DNA of 64,000 nt, taken from contig OX597838.1 in NCBI GenBank assembly GCA_951406725.2, positions 29,636,001-29,700,000 on the forward strand, given 5' to 3'. The notes under the pieces were generated by a model. That model saw only the letters and a program-made list of their open reading frames with translations. It made no database searches and was not told the origin of the DNA. Source of the stretch: Octopus vulgaris. Taxonomy: Eukaryota. Of this stretch, positions 23,001 to 35,877 are shown piece after piece (the stretch's first letter is position 1; every line of letters starts with the position of its first letter). The translations under genes were made by a program, and so were the position numbers.

Positions 23001-26000
23001 CCTGAAAACATGTGCTTTAGAATCAAACTTCTCAGTCGTGCAGCCAGATAACATTAAAGATTCCCAGAGTTCTGATATGAACATGTTTGTAGCCAAAAGG
23101 TCTTTGAACTCACCTGAATGTTGGACAAAACCTCAGAAAGCAGGTGATGTTCTTGTTTCTCTAAGTCTCTTCGAGACTTCAGTTGGTTGAAATTCTTTAT
23201 CTGGTGCCGTAAACGTAAACCGTTTTCCCGATATTCCTGCAACTTTCGGATTTCATTCCTGAGTTCTTCGCCATCTGGGAAGAATGAAAAAGACGAATGA
23301 CTAAATGGAAATATGAATGAAACATGTTGGGTTACGATTCCAAATTGAGAATGGAAGATATCTGAGTGGATTTCATGTAAAAATGGAATAATAATAATAA
23401 TAATAATGGTTTCAAATTTTGACAAGTTTGGGAGATGGGTTTCAGTCAATTACATCAACCCCAGAGCATAACTGGTATTTATTTTTTATCGACCCTGAAA
23501 GGAATAAAAGCAAAACCAACCTTGGTGGAATTTGAACTCAGAACGTAAGGACAAACGAAATGACGCTAAGCAAATACACACACACACACACACACACATA
23601 CATATTCTTTTACTCTTTTACTTGTTTCAGTCATTTGACTGCGGCCATGCTGGAGCACCGCCTTTAGTCGAGCAAATCGACCCTGGGACTTATTCTTTGT
23701 AAGCCCAGTACTTATTCTATCAGTCTCTTTTGCCGAACCGCTAAGTGACGGGGACGTAAACACACCAGCATCGGTTGTCAAACAATGCTAGGGGGACAAA
23801 CACAGACACACAAACACATATATACATACATATATATGACGGGCTTCTTTCAGTTTCCGTCTACCAAGGAGATACCTCCACACACACACGCACACAATGG
23901 GCTTCTTTCAAGTTTCCACTAACCAAATCAACTTGCAAGGCTTTGACTGAGATACACACACACACAACAGGCTTCCACACAGTTTCTGTCTATTAAATTC
24001 ACTTGCAAGTCATGGGTCAACTTGGGGCTTCAGTAGAAGAACTTGCCCAAGGTGCTGCCACAGCTGGATTGAATCTGAAACCATCCTAAACCAGACAGCC
24101 ATACCTCCACCTATTTGGCTACTGTTCCTAACATTGATTTTGATGATGATGATGATGGTGGTGATGATGATGACGATGGTGGTGGTGGTGGTGGTGGTGA
24201 TGATGACGATGATGATGACGATGGTGGTGGTGATGGTGGTGGTGGTGGTGGTGGTGATGATGATGATGGTGGTGGTGATGGCGATGATGATGATGATGGT
24301 GGTGATGGTGGTGATGGTGATGGTGGTGGTGATGGTGGTGGTGGTGGTGATGATGATGATGATGATGGTGGTGATGATGATGATGGTGATGATGATGGTG
24401 GTGGTGATGATGACGATGATGATGACGACGGTGATGATGATGGTGGTGATGACGATGATGATGATGGTGGTGGTGATGATGACGATGATGGTGGTGGTAG
24501 TGATGATGATGAATGTAGTGGTGGTGGTGATGATGATGATGATGGTGGTAGTGGTGGTGGTGGTGATGATGACGATGATGATGATGGTGGTAGTGGTGAT
24601 GATGACGATGATGATGGTGGTAGTGGTGGTGATGATGATAATAATGATGGTGGTGGTGTGATGATGATGGTGGTAGTGATGATGATGATAATGATGGTGG
24701 TGGTGATGATGACGACGGTGATGATGATGGTGGTGATGATGGTGGTGGTGATGATGATGATGATGATGATGATGATAATGATGACGATGATGGTGGTGGT
24801 GATGAATGGCTTGGCATGAGGAAGCTGGATCGCCGTTGCTACTCACAGTGCAGAGATTCGATGTACAGATCAAATTCCGTCGGTGGCAGGAGTCGGTTAA
24901 ACACATTGAGGGCAGACACCGTGTGTCGGACTATTCTGTCATAATGACGGTTGAAACCTGGCACAAGAAGATAAAACGTACAAAATTATATTTTCCATAA
25001 TTAATAGCAACGGAAGGAGTATTCATATCAAACGGTAATATTTATCAGAAATACTAAATTTCTAAATCTCTCGTAGAGACATGTACGGTGGTGGGGCGAT
25101 AGGATGGTTGTATACTGTCAATCTAACACGAACGTGACAGTAGGGGGGTACACCACCGCTGTTTAGCCCTAGGAAACATCGAACGCCTCCTGATGGCTTT
25201 GACATATTTTTCCCTGTGTCCTTATATACATTTACGAAGGAGAGACAAACACTCCCGGCCGCCAGAACTGCATCTAGGGACACGCGTTTCAGGATCGTTG
25301 TCCTTCATCGGCCTAGAGTAGCAGACACCGGTCAGCTGGCGATATTTGTCTCAACTTCGTATTGTATATATCTATAATTCAGTGAAGTCTATTCACTGAT
25401 TATCAAAATAAGAAATACTAAATTTCTAAATCTCTCGTAGAGACATGTATGGTGGTGGGGCGATAGAATGGTTGTATACTGTCAATCTAACACGAATGTG
25501 ACAGTAGGGGGGGGGTACACCACTGCTGTTTAGCCCTAGGAAGCAGGAAAAATGTGTCAAAGCCATCAGGAGGCGTCGAAGCTTCCTAGGGCTAAACAGC
25601 GGTGGTGTATCCCCCCCTACTGTCACGTTCGGGGTAATATTTATCCCCATTTAAAAGTGGCTGTTGTGTTAGGACACAGAATACTGCAATAGTTATCATA
25701 AGAGAACCTCTTATATGGACTTGTGGTGCATATAAGCACTCGTGTTCATATCACTAGTGAGAGATAATCACCCACTACTGCTACCGGAACTACTGGATCA
25801 CATGATTTCGACCTTCCTTGGCCTTGTCGATGGCAGGTATCCATGGCTAGAGATATCAGTGATTTCTTCATCAGTGATATATATATGTCAGTGTGCATGT
25901 ACGACGGTGTAAGCATCTCGTGAGAAAAGTTGAGTTTAAGAGGCATCAGATGTGGTGAGCAAGAGAGACAAATGCACTGGTAGGATCATGTGATGCGTAT

Positions 26001-29000
26001 GATGAGGACAGCTGTGTAAAGAAGTGCTGATCACTAACTGTGGAGGGAACCTGTGGAAGAGTGCCCTTCCAAGTAGCAAATATTTTACTCCCGCTTAAAA
26101 TGGTTGTTGTGTTAGAACACACAATACTGTGTTATGTAACAAGAGAGAACTTCTCATGGACTTTTGGTGCATATAAGCACTTGTGTTTATATCACTAGCA
26201 GAAGATAACCATCTCTATCACCACCACCAAAACTGCCAGATCAGATCACATAATTTCAGCCTTCCTTGGCCTTGTCAGTGGCAGACATCCGTGGGTAGAC
26301 ATAGCAGTGGTTCACCCATCAGTGATATAGAATCTGTGTTTATTTCCTCTATCCAAGGACAACAGCATGAATTAAAGAATGTACTCACTGGTAATTTTCC
26401 TGATGTTGATCAGACCATAATCCCGGATGATCCTAAAAATGAAAGAAGAAAAAAGCAAAGAATTAACAAAAACAATTTATATTTTACCTCTTAGTCACCA
26501 ATTGGCACTTCGTTGGTTACAAAGACAAGGATCCAGGTTAATACGTATTTCTTTACTACCCACAAGGGGCTAAACACAGAGAGGACAAACAAGCACAGAC
26601 AAACGGATTAAGTCGATTATATCGACCCCAATGCATAACTGGTACTTATTTAATCGACCCCGAAAGGATGAAAGGCAAAGTCGACCTCGGCGGAATTTGA
26701 ACTCAGAACGTAACGGCAGGCGAAATACAGCTACGCATTTTGCCCGGCGTGCTAACATTTCTGCCAGCTCGCCGCCAGGTTAATACGATCAACGGAACAG
26801 CCAGCTCATGAAATTAATGTGCAAGTGGCTGAGTATTCCACAGACACGTGTACAGTTGATATAGTTCTCATGGAGATTCAGTGTGACACAGAATGTGACA
26901 AGGCTGGCCCCCTTTGAATTACAGGTACAACTCATTTTTGTCAGCTGAGTGGACTGGAGCAACGTGAAATAAAGTGTCTTGCTCAAGGACACAATGTGTC
27001 ACCAGGAATTGAACTCATGACTTTATGTAAGTGAGATAAATATCCAAACCATTAAGCCATGTTCCTTCACTACCTCTTAGTTAGGAAGTTTAATTAAGAG
27101 GTAATTAGTAAGAGATAAGGAGACTAGGTGCATGGCTTAGTGGTGAATTGACCTTGTGATGAACTGGTGTCCCATCCAGGGAGATGGTGTTGTAATCTGA
27201 ACTCCTTAAATACCATAGCAACTGAGTTAAGCTCCGACTGGTGCCACTTTAAAAGCACCCAGTACATTTCTGTAAAGTGGTTGGTGTTAGGAAGGGCGTC
27301 CAGCTGTAGAAACAATGCCAAACCAGACTGGAACCTGGTGCAGCTCTCCAGATCGCCAGCTCTGGTCAAACCATCCAACCCATGCCAGCATGGAAAATGG
27401 ACTTTAAATGATGATGATGATGGCTTTGTCTGCATCTATGTTTATCAAAGTTATTTTACTAAATTCTTCAAATTCTTTCAAAATAAATTAAAAATAAAGG
27501 CAGTGGATTTCAACCAAATTAGGGCAGCAAACGGTTTAAAGGATCTCCAAGACTGGTAAGGAAGGGGTGTAGGAAGTTATCCTAAAACTGGAAGCCTTGA
27601 TCTGAATCCTCAAAATTCTTCACACGGCACTTTTTGCCGTCCCTAAATCTCAACCAAACACCAATGCTGTAATGTGACAGCAACAACAACAACACTATTA
27701 GAAACAACAGCAACAGCACCAGCTGCAGCAACCTACTTTTTGCGTCGCCATCGTTCTTTTATGCATTCTCTGTAAATATGGATAACGGCCAGCTTCAGTT
27801 CTGTGGACAGAAAAGAAAAACAAATGAGGACTCAATTAGAGTTATCATCATCAACATCATTATCTATTTCTTTACTACCCACAAGGGGCTAAACACAGAA
27901 GAGACAAACAAGGACAGACAGACGGATTAAGTCAATTATATCGACCCCAGTGCGTAACTGGTACTTAATTTATCGACCCCGAAAGGATGAAAGTCAAAGT
28001 CGACCTCAGCGGAATTTGAACTCAGAACGTAAAGACACATGAAATACCTATTTCTTTACTACCCACAAGGGGCTAAACACAGAAGAGACAAACAAGGACA
28101 GACAGACGGATTAAGTCGATTATATCGACTCCAGTGCATAACTGGTACTTAATTTAACGACCCCGAAAGGATGAAAGGCAAAGTCGACCTCGGCGGAATT
28201 TGAACTCAGAACATAAAGACAGATGAAATGGCGCCAAGCATGATTGGAATTCTGCCCCAGCACACCATTTTAAGAAGTAAAAAGCATCAAAATCTGGCAA
28301 CTTCCGCTATTTGCTGCTCACAACCGAATCGATATCGAAACGAATAAGATGGAAGCTATATTGTTTTTACTGACCCGTTAAGAAGTTGTGGTCCTCTTTC
28401 TCTGCATCCTCGATGTCATCCTCATCTGTCTCCTGCTCACCCTCTTCTTTGTTCTCCTGTTCGTTGTTGTCGTCGGTGTCAAAGGTCATATCTTTTAGTT
28501 CCAATTCTATGAAGTTATTGTATTCCACATTGAAATCTCCAGCTGCCGCCGAGTAGCCACCCATTTCCAAGAACAAGGGGCTGCCGTCCTGTGGGCGGGG
28601 AGGGTCATCGGATACTGGAAGGATGAGGTTTTAGAAACAACAAAGATGGTTAACGAATACATAACGAGCAGAGAAAAAGACAAAAGTAACACAAATGATT
28701 GATTTAATTACAATGGAAATTGTAGATGTGATACCAGTGCCAGTGGCATGTAAGAGAACCATCCGAACGTGGCCGTTGCCAGCGCCGCCCCGACTGGCCT
28801 CCGTGCTAGTGGTATGTAAAAAGCACCATCTGATCGTGGCCATTGCCAGCCTCGCCTGGCCTCCGTGCCGGTGGTACATAAAAAGCACCATCCAATCATG
28901 GCCGTTTGCCAGCCTCCTCTGGCACATAAAAAGCACTCACTACATTCACGGAGTGGTTGGCATTAGGAAGGGCATCCAGCCGTAGAAACATTGCCAGATC

Positions 29001-32000
29001 AGACTGGGCCTGGTGCAGCCTTCTGGCTTCCCAGACCCCAGTTCAACCGTCCAACCCATGCTAGCATGGAAAACGGATGCTAAACGATGATGATGATGAT
29101 TGTCATTATTTTAATGTCCCCTTTTCAATACTTGCATGGGGTCGGCAGAGTCTAGAGACACAGATTTTTCTCTTGCCAACTCACATCTGTTTCTCAGCAA
29201 GACGATATTTCCATGTGGCCAGACATGTTTTCAAAGAATATTCGAAATGAACGACACTGCTTGTATGACAGTGACACTCATTTACAGCTTTCATGCAACG
29301 GCAAGACAAAGAAACACAAACATATACACGCTTTCACACACGTATATCATCATCATCATTTAACGTCCGTTGTCCATGCTGGCATGAGTTGGACGGTTTG
29401 ACCAGAGCTGGCACACTGGAAGGCTGCATCAGACTCTAATCTGATTTGGCATGGTTTTCTATGGCTGGATGCCCTTCCTAATGCCAACCACTCTGAGAGT
29501 GTAGTGAGTGCTTTTACATGCCCCCAGCATAGCTCATCTTGATGGGTCTTCTTCTCAAGCATGAGATAATGCCAAAGGTCTTGGTCATTGCATCCGTGAG
29601 GCCCAATGCTTGAAAGGAACTCAGCCACTTTGCCTCTGAAAGGCCCAACACTCAAAAGGAGCTCAGCCACTATTCCCCTGAGAGGCCCAATGCTTGAAAG
29701 GAACTCAGCCACTTTGCCTCCGAGAGGCCCAATGCACAAAAGGAGCTCAGCCACTTTGCCCCTGAGAGGCTCAATGCTTGAAAGGAGCTCAGCCACTTTT
29801 CCCCTGAGAGGCCCAATGCTCAAAAGAAGCTAAGCCACTTTGCCCCTGAGAAGCCCAATGCTCAAAAGGAGCTCAGCCACTTTGCCTCTGAGAGGCCCAA
29901 CACTCAAAAGGAGCTCAGCCACTTTTCCCCTGAGAGGCCCAATGCTCGAAAGGAGCTCAGCCACTTTGCCTCTGAGAGGCCCAATGCTCAAAAGGAGCTC
30001 AGTCACATTTCCCCTGAAAGGCCCAGTGCTCAAAAGGAGCTCAGCCACTTTGCCTCTGAGAGGCCCAACACTCAAAAGGAGCTCAGCCACTTTGCCTCTG
30101 AGAGGCACAACACTCAAAAGGAGCTCAGCCACTTTGCCTCTGAGAGGCACAACACTCAAAGGGAGCTCAGTCACTTTGCCTCTGAGAGGCCCAGTGCTCA
30201 AAAGGAGCTCAGCTACTTTGCCTCTGAGAGGCCCAACACTCAAAAGGAGTTCGGCCACTTTGCCTCCAGGAGGCCCAACGCTCAAAAGGAACTCCACCAC
30301 TTTTTTTCTTAATTTCTGCCATGCTATGAAAACCAATAACAATGAGGTGTTATACTTACATTTAAATGCAACAGGGGACGGGTAGTAGGCTTGGTTGAAC
30401 TCAGGAAAAGCTGGAAAGAAACAAGTATACGGGTATAATCCTTAAATCCTTAAAAGTGTTTTAGCCCGAAGGCTGCGGCCATGCTGGGGCACCTGTTTTC
30501 TTTTAATGATATGTGTGGAAAACACATTTGAGCAATACAAGCGAGCAATTAGGCAAAATATGTTAAGGTGATGGTCAATAAATGAAAACAAAGGGAAAAG
30601 ATATTACATTGGCTTAAGTTACAGGGATGCAAGCAAACCAACACCGGTTGTCAAGTGGTGGTGGTGGGGGACAAACACAGACACAAAGGCAGACAGGCAC
30701 AGACAGACAGATTGATAGATAGACATATAGATAGATAGACATATAGATAGACAGACAGATAGACAGACAGATAGACAGACAGACAGATAGACAGACAGAT
30801 AGATAGACAGATAGATAGATAGGCAGGCAGACAGGCAGGCTTCTTTCAGTTTCTGTCAACCAGATCCACTCTCAAGGCTTTAGCCAGCCCAAGGTTATAG
30901 AAGACATTTGCCCAGAGCGCCACGCAGTGGGACAGAACCCAAAACCATGTGGCTGGTAAGCAAGCTTCTTGTCCCACAGCCAACTTGTCTCTCTCACTCT
31001 CTCTCTCTCTACCTTTTTCTGTCTAATTGCTGCTCTCTTTCTGTCAGTGTCTCCCTCTTTCGAGAAGCAAGACAGACAGACAGACAGAGAGAGGCAGGTA
31101 TTGAGAGCCCAAGGCAAGGTAGATCAAGGACAATTTGTTTGTTTGTTCCTTCTTGAGTCACGCCTTGCTCATAGGGCCGGTTTCCTGGTTTCCTTGGCAT
31201 ATAGGTTCCCCACCTGGACAGGACGCCAGTCCGTCGCAGGTGAGCTGCAAGATGCAGAAGGAAAGAATGAGAGAAAGTTGTGGTGAAAGAGTCAGCAGAA
31301 CTTCGCCTTTACCTTCTGCCAGAGCCGTGTGGAGCCTAGGTGTTTCGCTCATAAACACATACATCGCCCGGTCTGAGATTTGAACCCGTGACTCCTCGAC
31401 CGCAAATCCACTGCTCTAACCACTAGGCCATGTGCCTCCACAGATCAAGGACGATGGTACCCAACGTGTCTCTTCTTTCACAGGATGACAAAATATGATA
31501 AAGGAGTAGGCGCGGGCATGGCTGTGTGGTTAAGGAGCTTGCTTCCTAGCTACATGGTTTTGGGTTCAGTCCCACTGCATGGCACTTTGGGTAGGTGTCT
31601 TCCGCTATAGCCTCGAGCCGACTGGAGCTTTGTGATTGAATTCGGTAGGTGGAAGTTACTGCCGTGTTTGTATGTGTGCGTATAGCTGCTCAGTGCTTCT
31701 CCGAAAGAGAGAGAGAGGGAAACTTGGCAGTTGTTTCTAGCACAACAAGCAACCACATATTTGCTTCCTTAGTGGCTCAAGACCATGGTACTGTACTACT
31801 AGTGATTGTCGGTGGGGGTCATTCATTTGCATCCACAGTAGTCACACCACTGTGTGTGGGAAGGGCCGGACACTTAATTCCACATTACCCCAGTTTGCCC
31901 ACCACCATCATTATTTCATCCCTGCTTTCTATGCTGGCATGGGTGGAATGAGTTGTAGGAAAGAGTTGAAACAATCAATGAGTAAAAGGATCGTGTCGTG

Positions 32001-34553
32001 CTCCAATGTCTCAATTTTGACATAGATTCTAAGGCTGGGTGCCCCTTCCTAATGCCAATCATTTTACAGTATACTGGGGGGGGGAGGGGGCTTTTTTGTT
32101 TGTGGCCCCAACACTGAGGTAGTTATGTTGTAACCCACAAATGACACAGTCTGTTGCAGGTAAGCTGGCTGGAATCTTTGGCACTTATTTTCAGGTGTGA
32201 TATAAGCACCAAAATTCCTGACCATGTTACCAGCAACAGACTTTATCATTTTTCTTTTTTTCTTTTGTTATTTTATCTAGTTTCAGCTCACGAGCTGTGG
32301 CCATACTGGGGCACCACCATTCGGTGTTGCTACATGATTTTACTTCACGAATGCTTTTTAGCAATTGACATTTGGTGCATGAGAGAGTTTGATGCAGCTG
32401 CCCTCATCTGCACCTCCTGCCGTGAAGTTGGTTCATCTGGGACACCTGACAGGAAGAGATCCAGTTTTATTTTAAAAACATCTGCTGTACAACTGAGGCT
32501 ATGCTCTGGTCCTTACAAAGGTTCTTACAACTCCCAAGACTTAGACAAGGGGTGTGAATAAATGTCGAGTGTACAAAAAGGGAATGGGTTAATAAATATA
32601 CTCACATGGTAACTGTTTGTTGGGGTTTTCAACGAAGCAGTTGAGATAATGGCGCTCACATTCTTGTTTGCTTTTAGTTTTTAGCTGCTGAGCAATATCT
32701 GACCTGGAGAGAGAGAGAGTGAGAGTGTGAGTGAATGAGTGATCGAGTGAGTGAGTGAGGGATGGTACAGTTACAGAAGAGGAATGAGTGAGGATGGAAC
32801 CTGAAAAGGAAAGTGAGTTGGTGCATGAGGGGAATAGTGAGAGAGAGTGAGAGAGTCAGTGAAGGTAGAGACAGAGAAGGGAAGTGAGTGAATGAGTGAG
32901 AGAAGGTACAACCAGAGAGGAGTTGAATGAGTGAAGACATAAGGCGTTGAGTTGGCAGACACGTTAGCACAATTGGGCAAAGTGCTTAGCGGTATTTCGT
33001 CTGTCTTTACATTCTGAGCTCAAATTCTGCTGAGGACAACTTTGCCTTTCATTCTTTCAGTGTCAATAAATTATGTACCAGTTGCATACTGGAGTCGGTC
33101 TAATTGACTGGCCCCTTTCCTCAAAATTTCAGGCCTTGAGCCTAGAGTAGAAAAGAATGATTGAAGGCATATCTAGAGAGAAGTTAGTGATTTAGGGAGT
33201 GGAAACTACTAGTGTAGTTGGGAGGAGGAGAGTCTACCCTGGGCGGCACTTTTAAGGTCATGACACTTTTGTGGGGTCCAGGAGCAGCAAATGGAAGGGC
33301 TGCCCCAGGTGGCACACAACCAGAGAGGGTGGGGGAGTATTTTAGTGTGTGAGGACATAGTCAGAGGGAGTGGCTGGTTGAACGGCTCAAGGTGACTCTG
33401 ATTGGCTGTATGCAAATGAGTTCATTACTGGGGTCCAGAACTCTCGTGGGAAAAAAAAAATTCGCACATGGTCCAACCTGATACCTCCCTCCATCCCTCC
33501 CAATCTTCCATTTGTGTTTTTAGGTCTTCAACTTGGCATCTAACATCTGCAAGTTGTCGTATATACGTCTTCCAGCCACTGTGGTACCATGATTTGGTAT
33601 CCACAAAAACAAATTGTTCACAAGTTCTTCTTTAATTCTCCAGCAATGGCCAGCAAACCTCAATCTCCACCCTTGGATGGTTGATGAGAGAGTAGGCACA
33701 TTCCCATATAACCGTTATTTCGTTGGGTGCTCCCTCCAAGAGATGTTGAGCACTGCATGTAGCATTCTAATGCAGGCACCATCCAGCATGCGCCAGAGTC
33801 TCTCAGTGAGAGTCCAAGTTGGAGATCCATATACAAGCACAGATTCAACAATTGCTCTGAAGGACTGTCTCTTCAATTTATCTGGTACGGTTGACTTCCA
33901 TATTGTTCTAAGACCATCCAAAGCTGCCCAAGCCTTAGCAATGCGCGATTTAATATCTTTTTCAGTGGACACAATATTGCTGCCAAGTTATAAAAATCAA
34001 CTGTCCCCAGTCAAGAAAAGTTTTAATTTAAAATCATTCTTATTCAAAGAGAAGCTAAATGATATATAAGCATTGTAGAAAACATGAAAAAGAATTTTTT
34101 TGTTTCCTTACCAATTTCCAAATCCAAATTCTGATATGAGAGAAAGAAGTTTTAATTCTTCAGCAGCAGTCCATGATGATTCAAAGAGTGGAATGTCATC
34201 TCTCTGATTGAAAACAAAAAGAAAACACAGATGCAAAGAGTGACAGAATGAAGTGTAGGGAGGGGAGAGACAGGATGAGTAGATACATAAAGGGAACTGG
34301 TGTAGGGCATAGCATAGGGGCTTCAAACGAAAAAGTGATGTAAGGAGGGGTAAGAAGAGCCAAGTTGTGAGGGAGAACATGAGACAACCAAGATATGGCA
34401 GGAGATTTCCAGAATTATTACAGCATCAGTATCTTCTCTCTCTCTTTCTCTTCCCCTCTCTCTCTTTCTCTTCCCCTCTCTCTCTTTCTCTTCCCCTCTC
34501 TCTCTTTCTCTTCCTGTTTCTCTCATTCTCTTCCCCTCTCTCTCTTTCTCTTC

Positions 34554-34584
<31 letters not shown>

Positions 34585-35877
34585 TTCTCTTCCTCTCTTT
34601 CTCTTTCTCTTCCCCTCTCTCTCTCTAGATCAGACTTTCTGTAGCCAGTTCTTATCTGCTCTCTGTCTTCCTAAGTTTCTTTCCTTCAGTATCCCTGTCG
34701 TCATCGACTGTTGAAGGCTTTGTCTTTACATATGATGTCAAATGAACTAAGCCCGTTGCCTCATCCTTCCAACATTAACCCTTTCATTACCAACCCAGCC
34801 AAAACCAGCTCTGGCTCTGTAGTATAAATGTCTTATTTTCAAAAGTTCTGTATTAAAATCTTCCACCAAACCTTAGTCACAATTTATGTTCCTAACACCA
34901 GCTTAATGATAACTGAGTTATTGTACTAAATTCTTTGTTATATTTAAAGTAATTGAAAGAAACACAGAGCATCTCAAAATAAATACGGTAATGAAAGGGT
35001 TAAGATGTTTTCTAGTTGTTTCTGCTTGTCTAAAGACTTCAGCATTTGTTCTGCTTATCTAAGACAACTTCAGCATTTTCTAAAGAATCACATTTCTCTT
35101 GCATTTTACGTGGCACAAGCACAAGAAAATCATCATCATCGTTTAACGTCCGCTTTCCATGCTGACATGGGTTGGACAGTTTGACTGGGGACTTGTGATA
35201 TCTTGTTTCAGTGATTCATACTATAAAATGGTTAGCATTTGGAAGCGTGCTCAGCCATAGAAACAATGCCAAAGTAGATACTGGCACATAATGCAGTCCT
35301 CTGACCTGTGACTCTATCCTCCGACTGGCAAAGTTTCTACAGCTGGATGCTCTTCCTAACGCCAGCCACTCCAAGAGTGTAGTGGCTGCTTTTACATGCC
35401 ACCGGCACGAGGGCGAGTCAGGTGGTTCTGGCAATGACCATGCTCAAAAGGTGTTTTTTTATGTGCTACCTGCATGGGAGCCTGTCCGGCACCACTGGCA
35501 ATGACCATGCTCAAATGTTGTTTTATACATGCCACCAGCACATGTGTCGGTAAGGCGACGCTGGCAACGATCATGCTCGAATGGTGCTTTTCATGTGTCA
35601 CCGGCACGGGAGACAATCCGTGGCCCTGGCAACGACTGCATCCGAGCGTAATCGTTGCCGTCCAGCAGAAGAAAATACATTGTAAAGAATACCGAAGCCT
35701 TACCACAAAATTGTAAGAATGGTTGTTTTGGTGTTCTCCTATTTCGGTTCCACGAGCGAAACAATTCAGACATAAAAGCAGAGGATTCGGACATGAAAGG
35801 CAACGGACGTAAGGTTCTTTTAACTGTTGTGAACAGATTGGACATTGTAGTTTGGTCTCTTCATCACTGTCCTCCAT
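20093..35877 (-). CDS. TADA2A: Transcriptional adaptor 2-alpha (ADA2a, ATAC complex), complete, 12 coding exons, 463 aa
   Basis: Exons 35877-35704, 34203-34112, 32703-32606, 30410-30360, 28614-28375, 27800-27737, 26432-26389, 24957-24847, 23274-23114, 22430-22343, 21779-21706, 20287-20093 (1392 nt, in frame). ZZ finger (CPIC..CLSC..CLNCF..H..H), SANT (WTAAEELKLL..FGFGNW), DDPPRP, IIRDYGLIN, RRSAPPLEITGLPG, C-terminal SWIRM (LAQARTLIKIDVNKTRKLYDFL). Start in gccATGG context; acceptor at 35891 implies an upstream non-coding exon. Confidence 0.95.
21312..21638 (-). mobile_element. tRNA-derived SINE (family D variant) with TSD
   Basis: Head TGGCTTAGTGG..GAGTTCGATTCCC; TSD CTGCTCTCTCAAT at 21299-21311 and 21639-21651; related pieces near 26790-27070, 38280-38525, 41330-41580. 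Confidence 0.8.
24140..24805. repeat. Mixed (GAT/GGT)n trinucleotide tract, intronic
   Basis: Directly visible; explains the poly-H/D/M ORFs. Confidence 0.95.
25047..25632 (-). mobile_element. Penelope-like non-coding insertion (unit + partial tandem + inverted end) with hammerhead family H2
   Basis: 13-bp direct repeat GGTAATATTTATC at 25034-25046 and 25633-25645; about 130 bp repeated at 25047 and 25411, inverted at about 25544-25632; hammerhead fold at 25273-25317. Confidence 0.75.
25273..25317 (-). ncRNA. Type I hammerhead motif H2 with U4C core variant
   Basis: TCTAGG CCGATGA AGGA caacga TCCT GAAA C gcgt G TC CCTAGA: perfect 6-bp stem I, 4-bp stem II, GUC triplet. Confidence 0.65.
26233..26284 (-). 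ncRNA. Decayed type I hammerhead motif H3 (more damaged paralog near 25790-25836)
   Basis: CTGCCA CTGACAA GGCC aaggaa GGCT GAAA TTA tgtgatc TGA TC TGGCAG: perfect stem I, stems II and III formable, G8A in the core. Confidence 0.55.
29597..30300. repeat. 42-bp minisatellite, about 17 copies
   Basis: Unit GAGAGGCCCAATGCTCAAAAGGAGCTCAGCCACTTTGCCTCT; 14-aa periodicity in the ORF track. Confidence 0.95.
33500..33990 (-). mobile_element. Non-LTR (RTE-group) reverse transcriptase C-terminal remnant
   Basis: STEKDIKSRIAKAWAAL..IWKS..FRAIVESVLVYGSPTWTLT..LDG..RML..LNISWREHPT. Confidence 0.8.
34779..34999. mobile_element. piggyBac-like MITE, second family
   Basis: TTAA|CCCTTTCATTACC..GGTAATGAAAGGG|TTAA, perfect 13-bp TIR. 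Confidence 0.85.

Noticed and set aside
24010-24906. Long poly-His, Asp/Gly and Met/Val ORFs
   Set aside because: Products of a GAT/GGT trinucleotide tract inside a TADA2A intron.
29356-30385. Repeat-protein ORFs or CRISPR-like array
   Set aside because: Contiguous 42-bp units with no unique spacers, in a eukaryotic intron.
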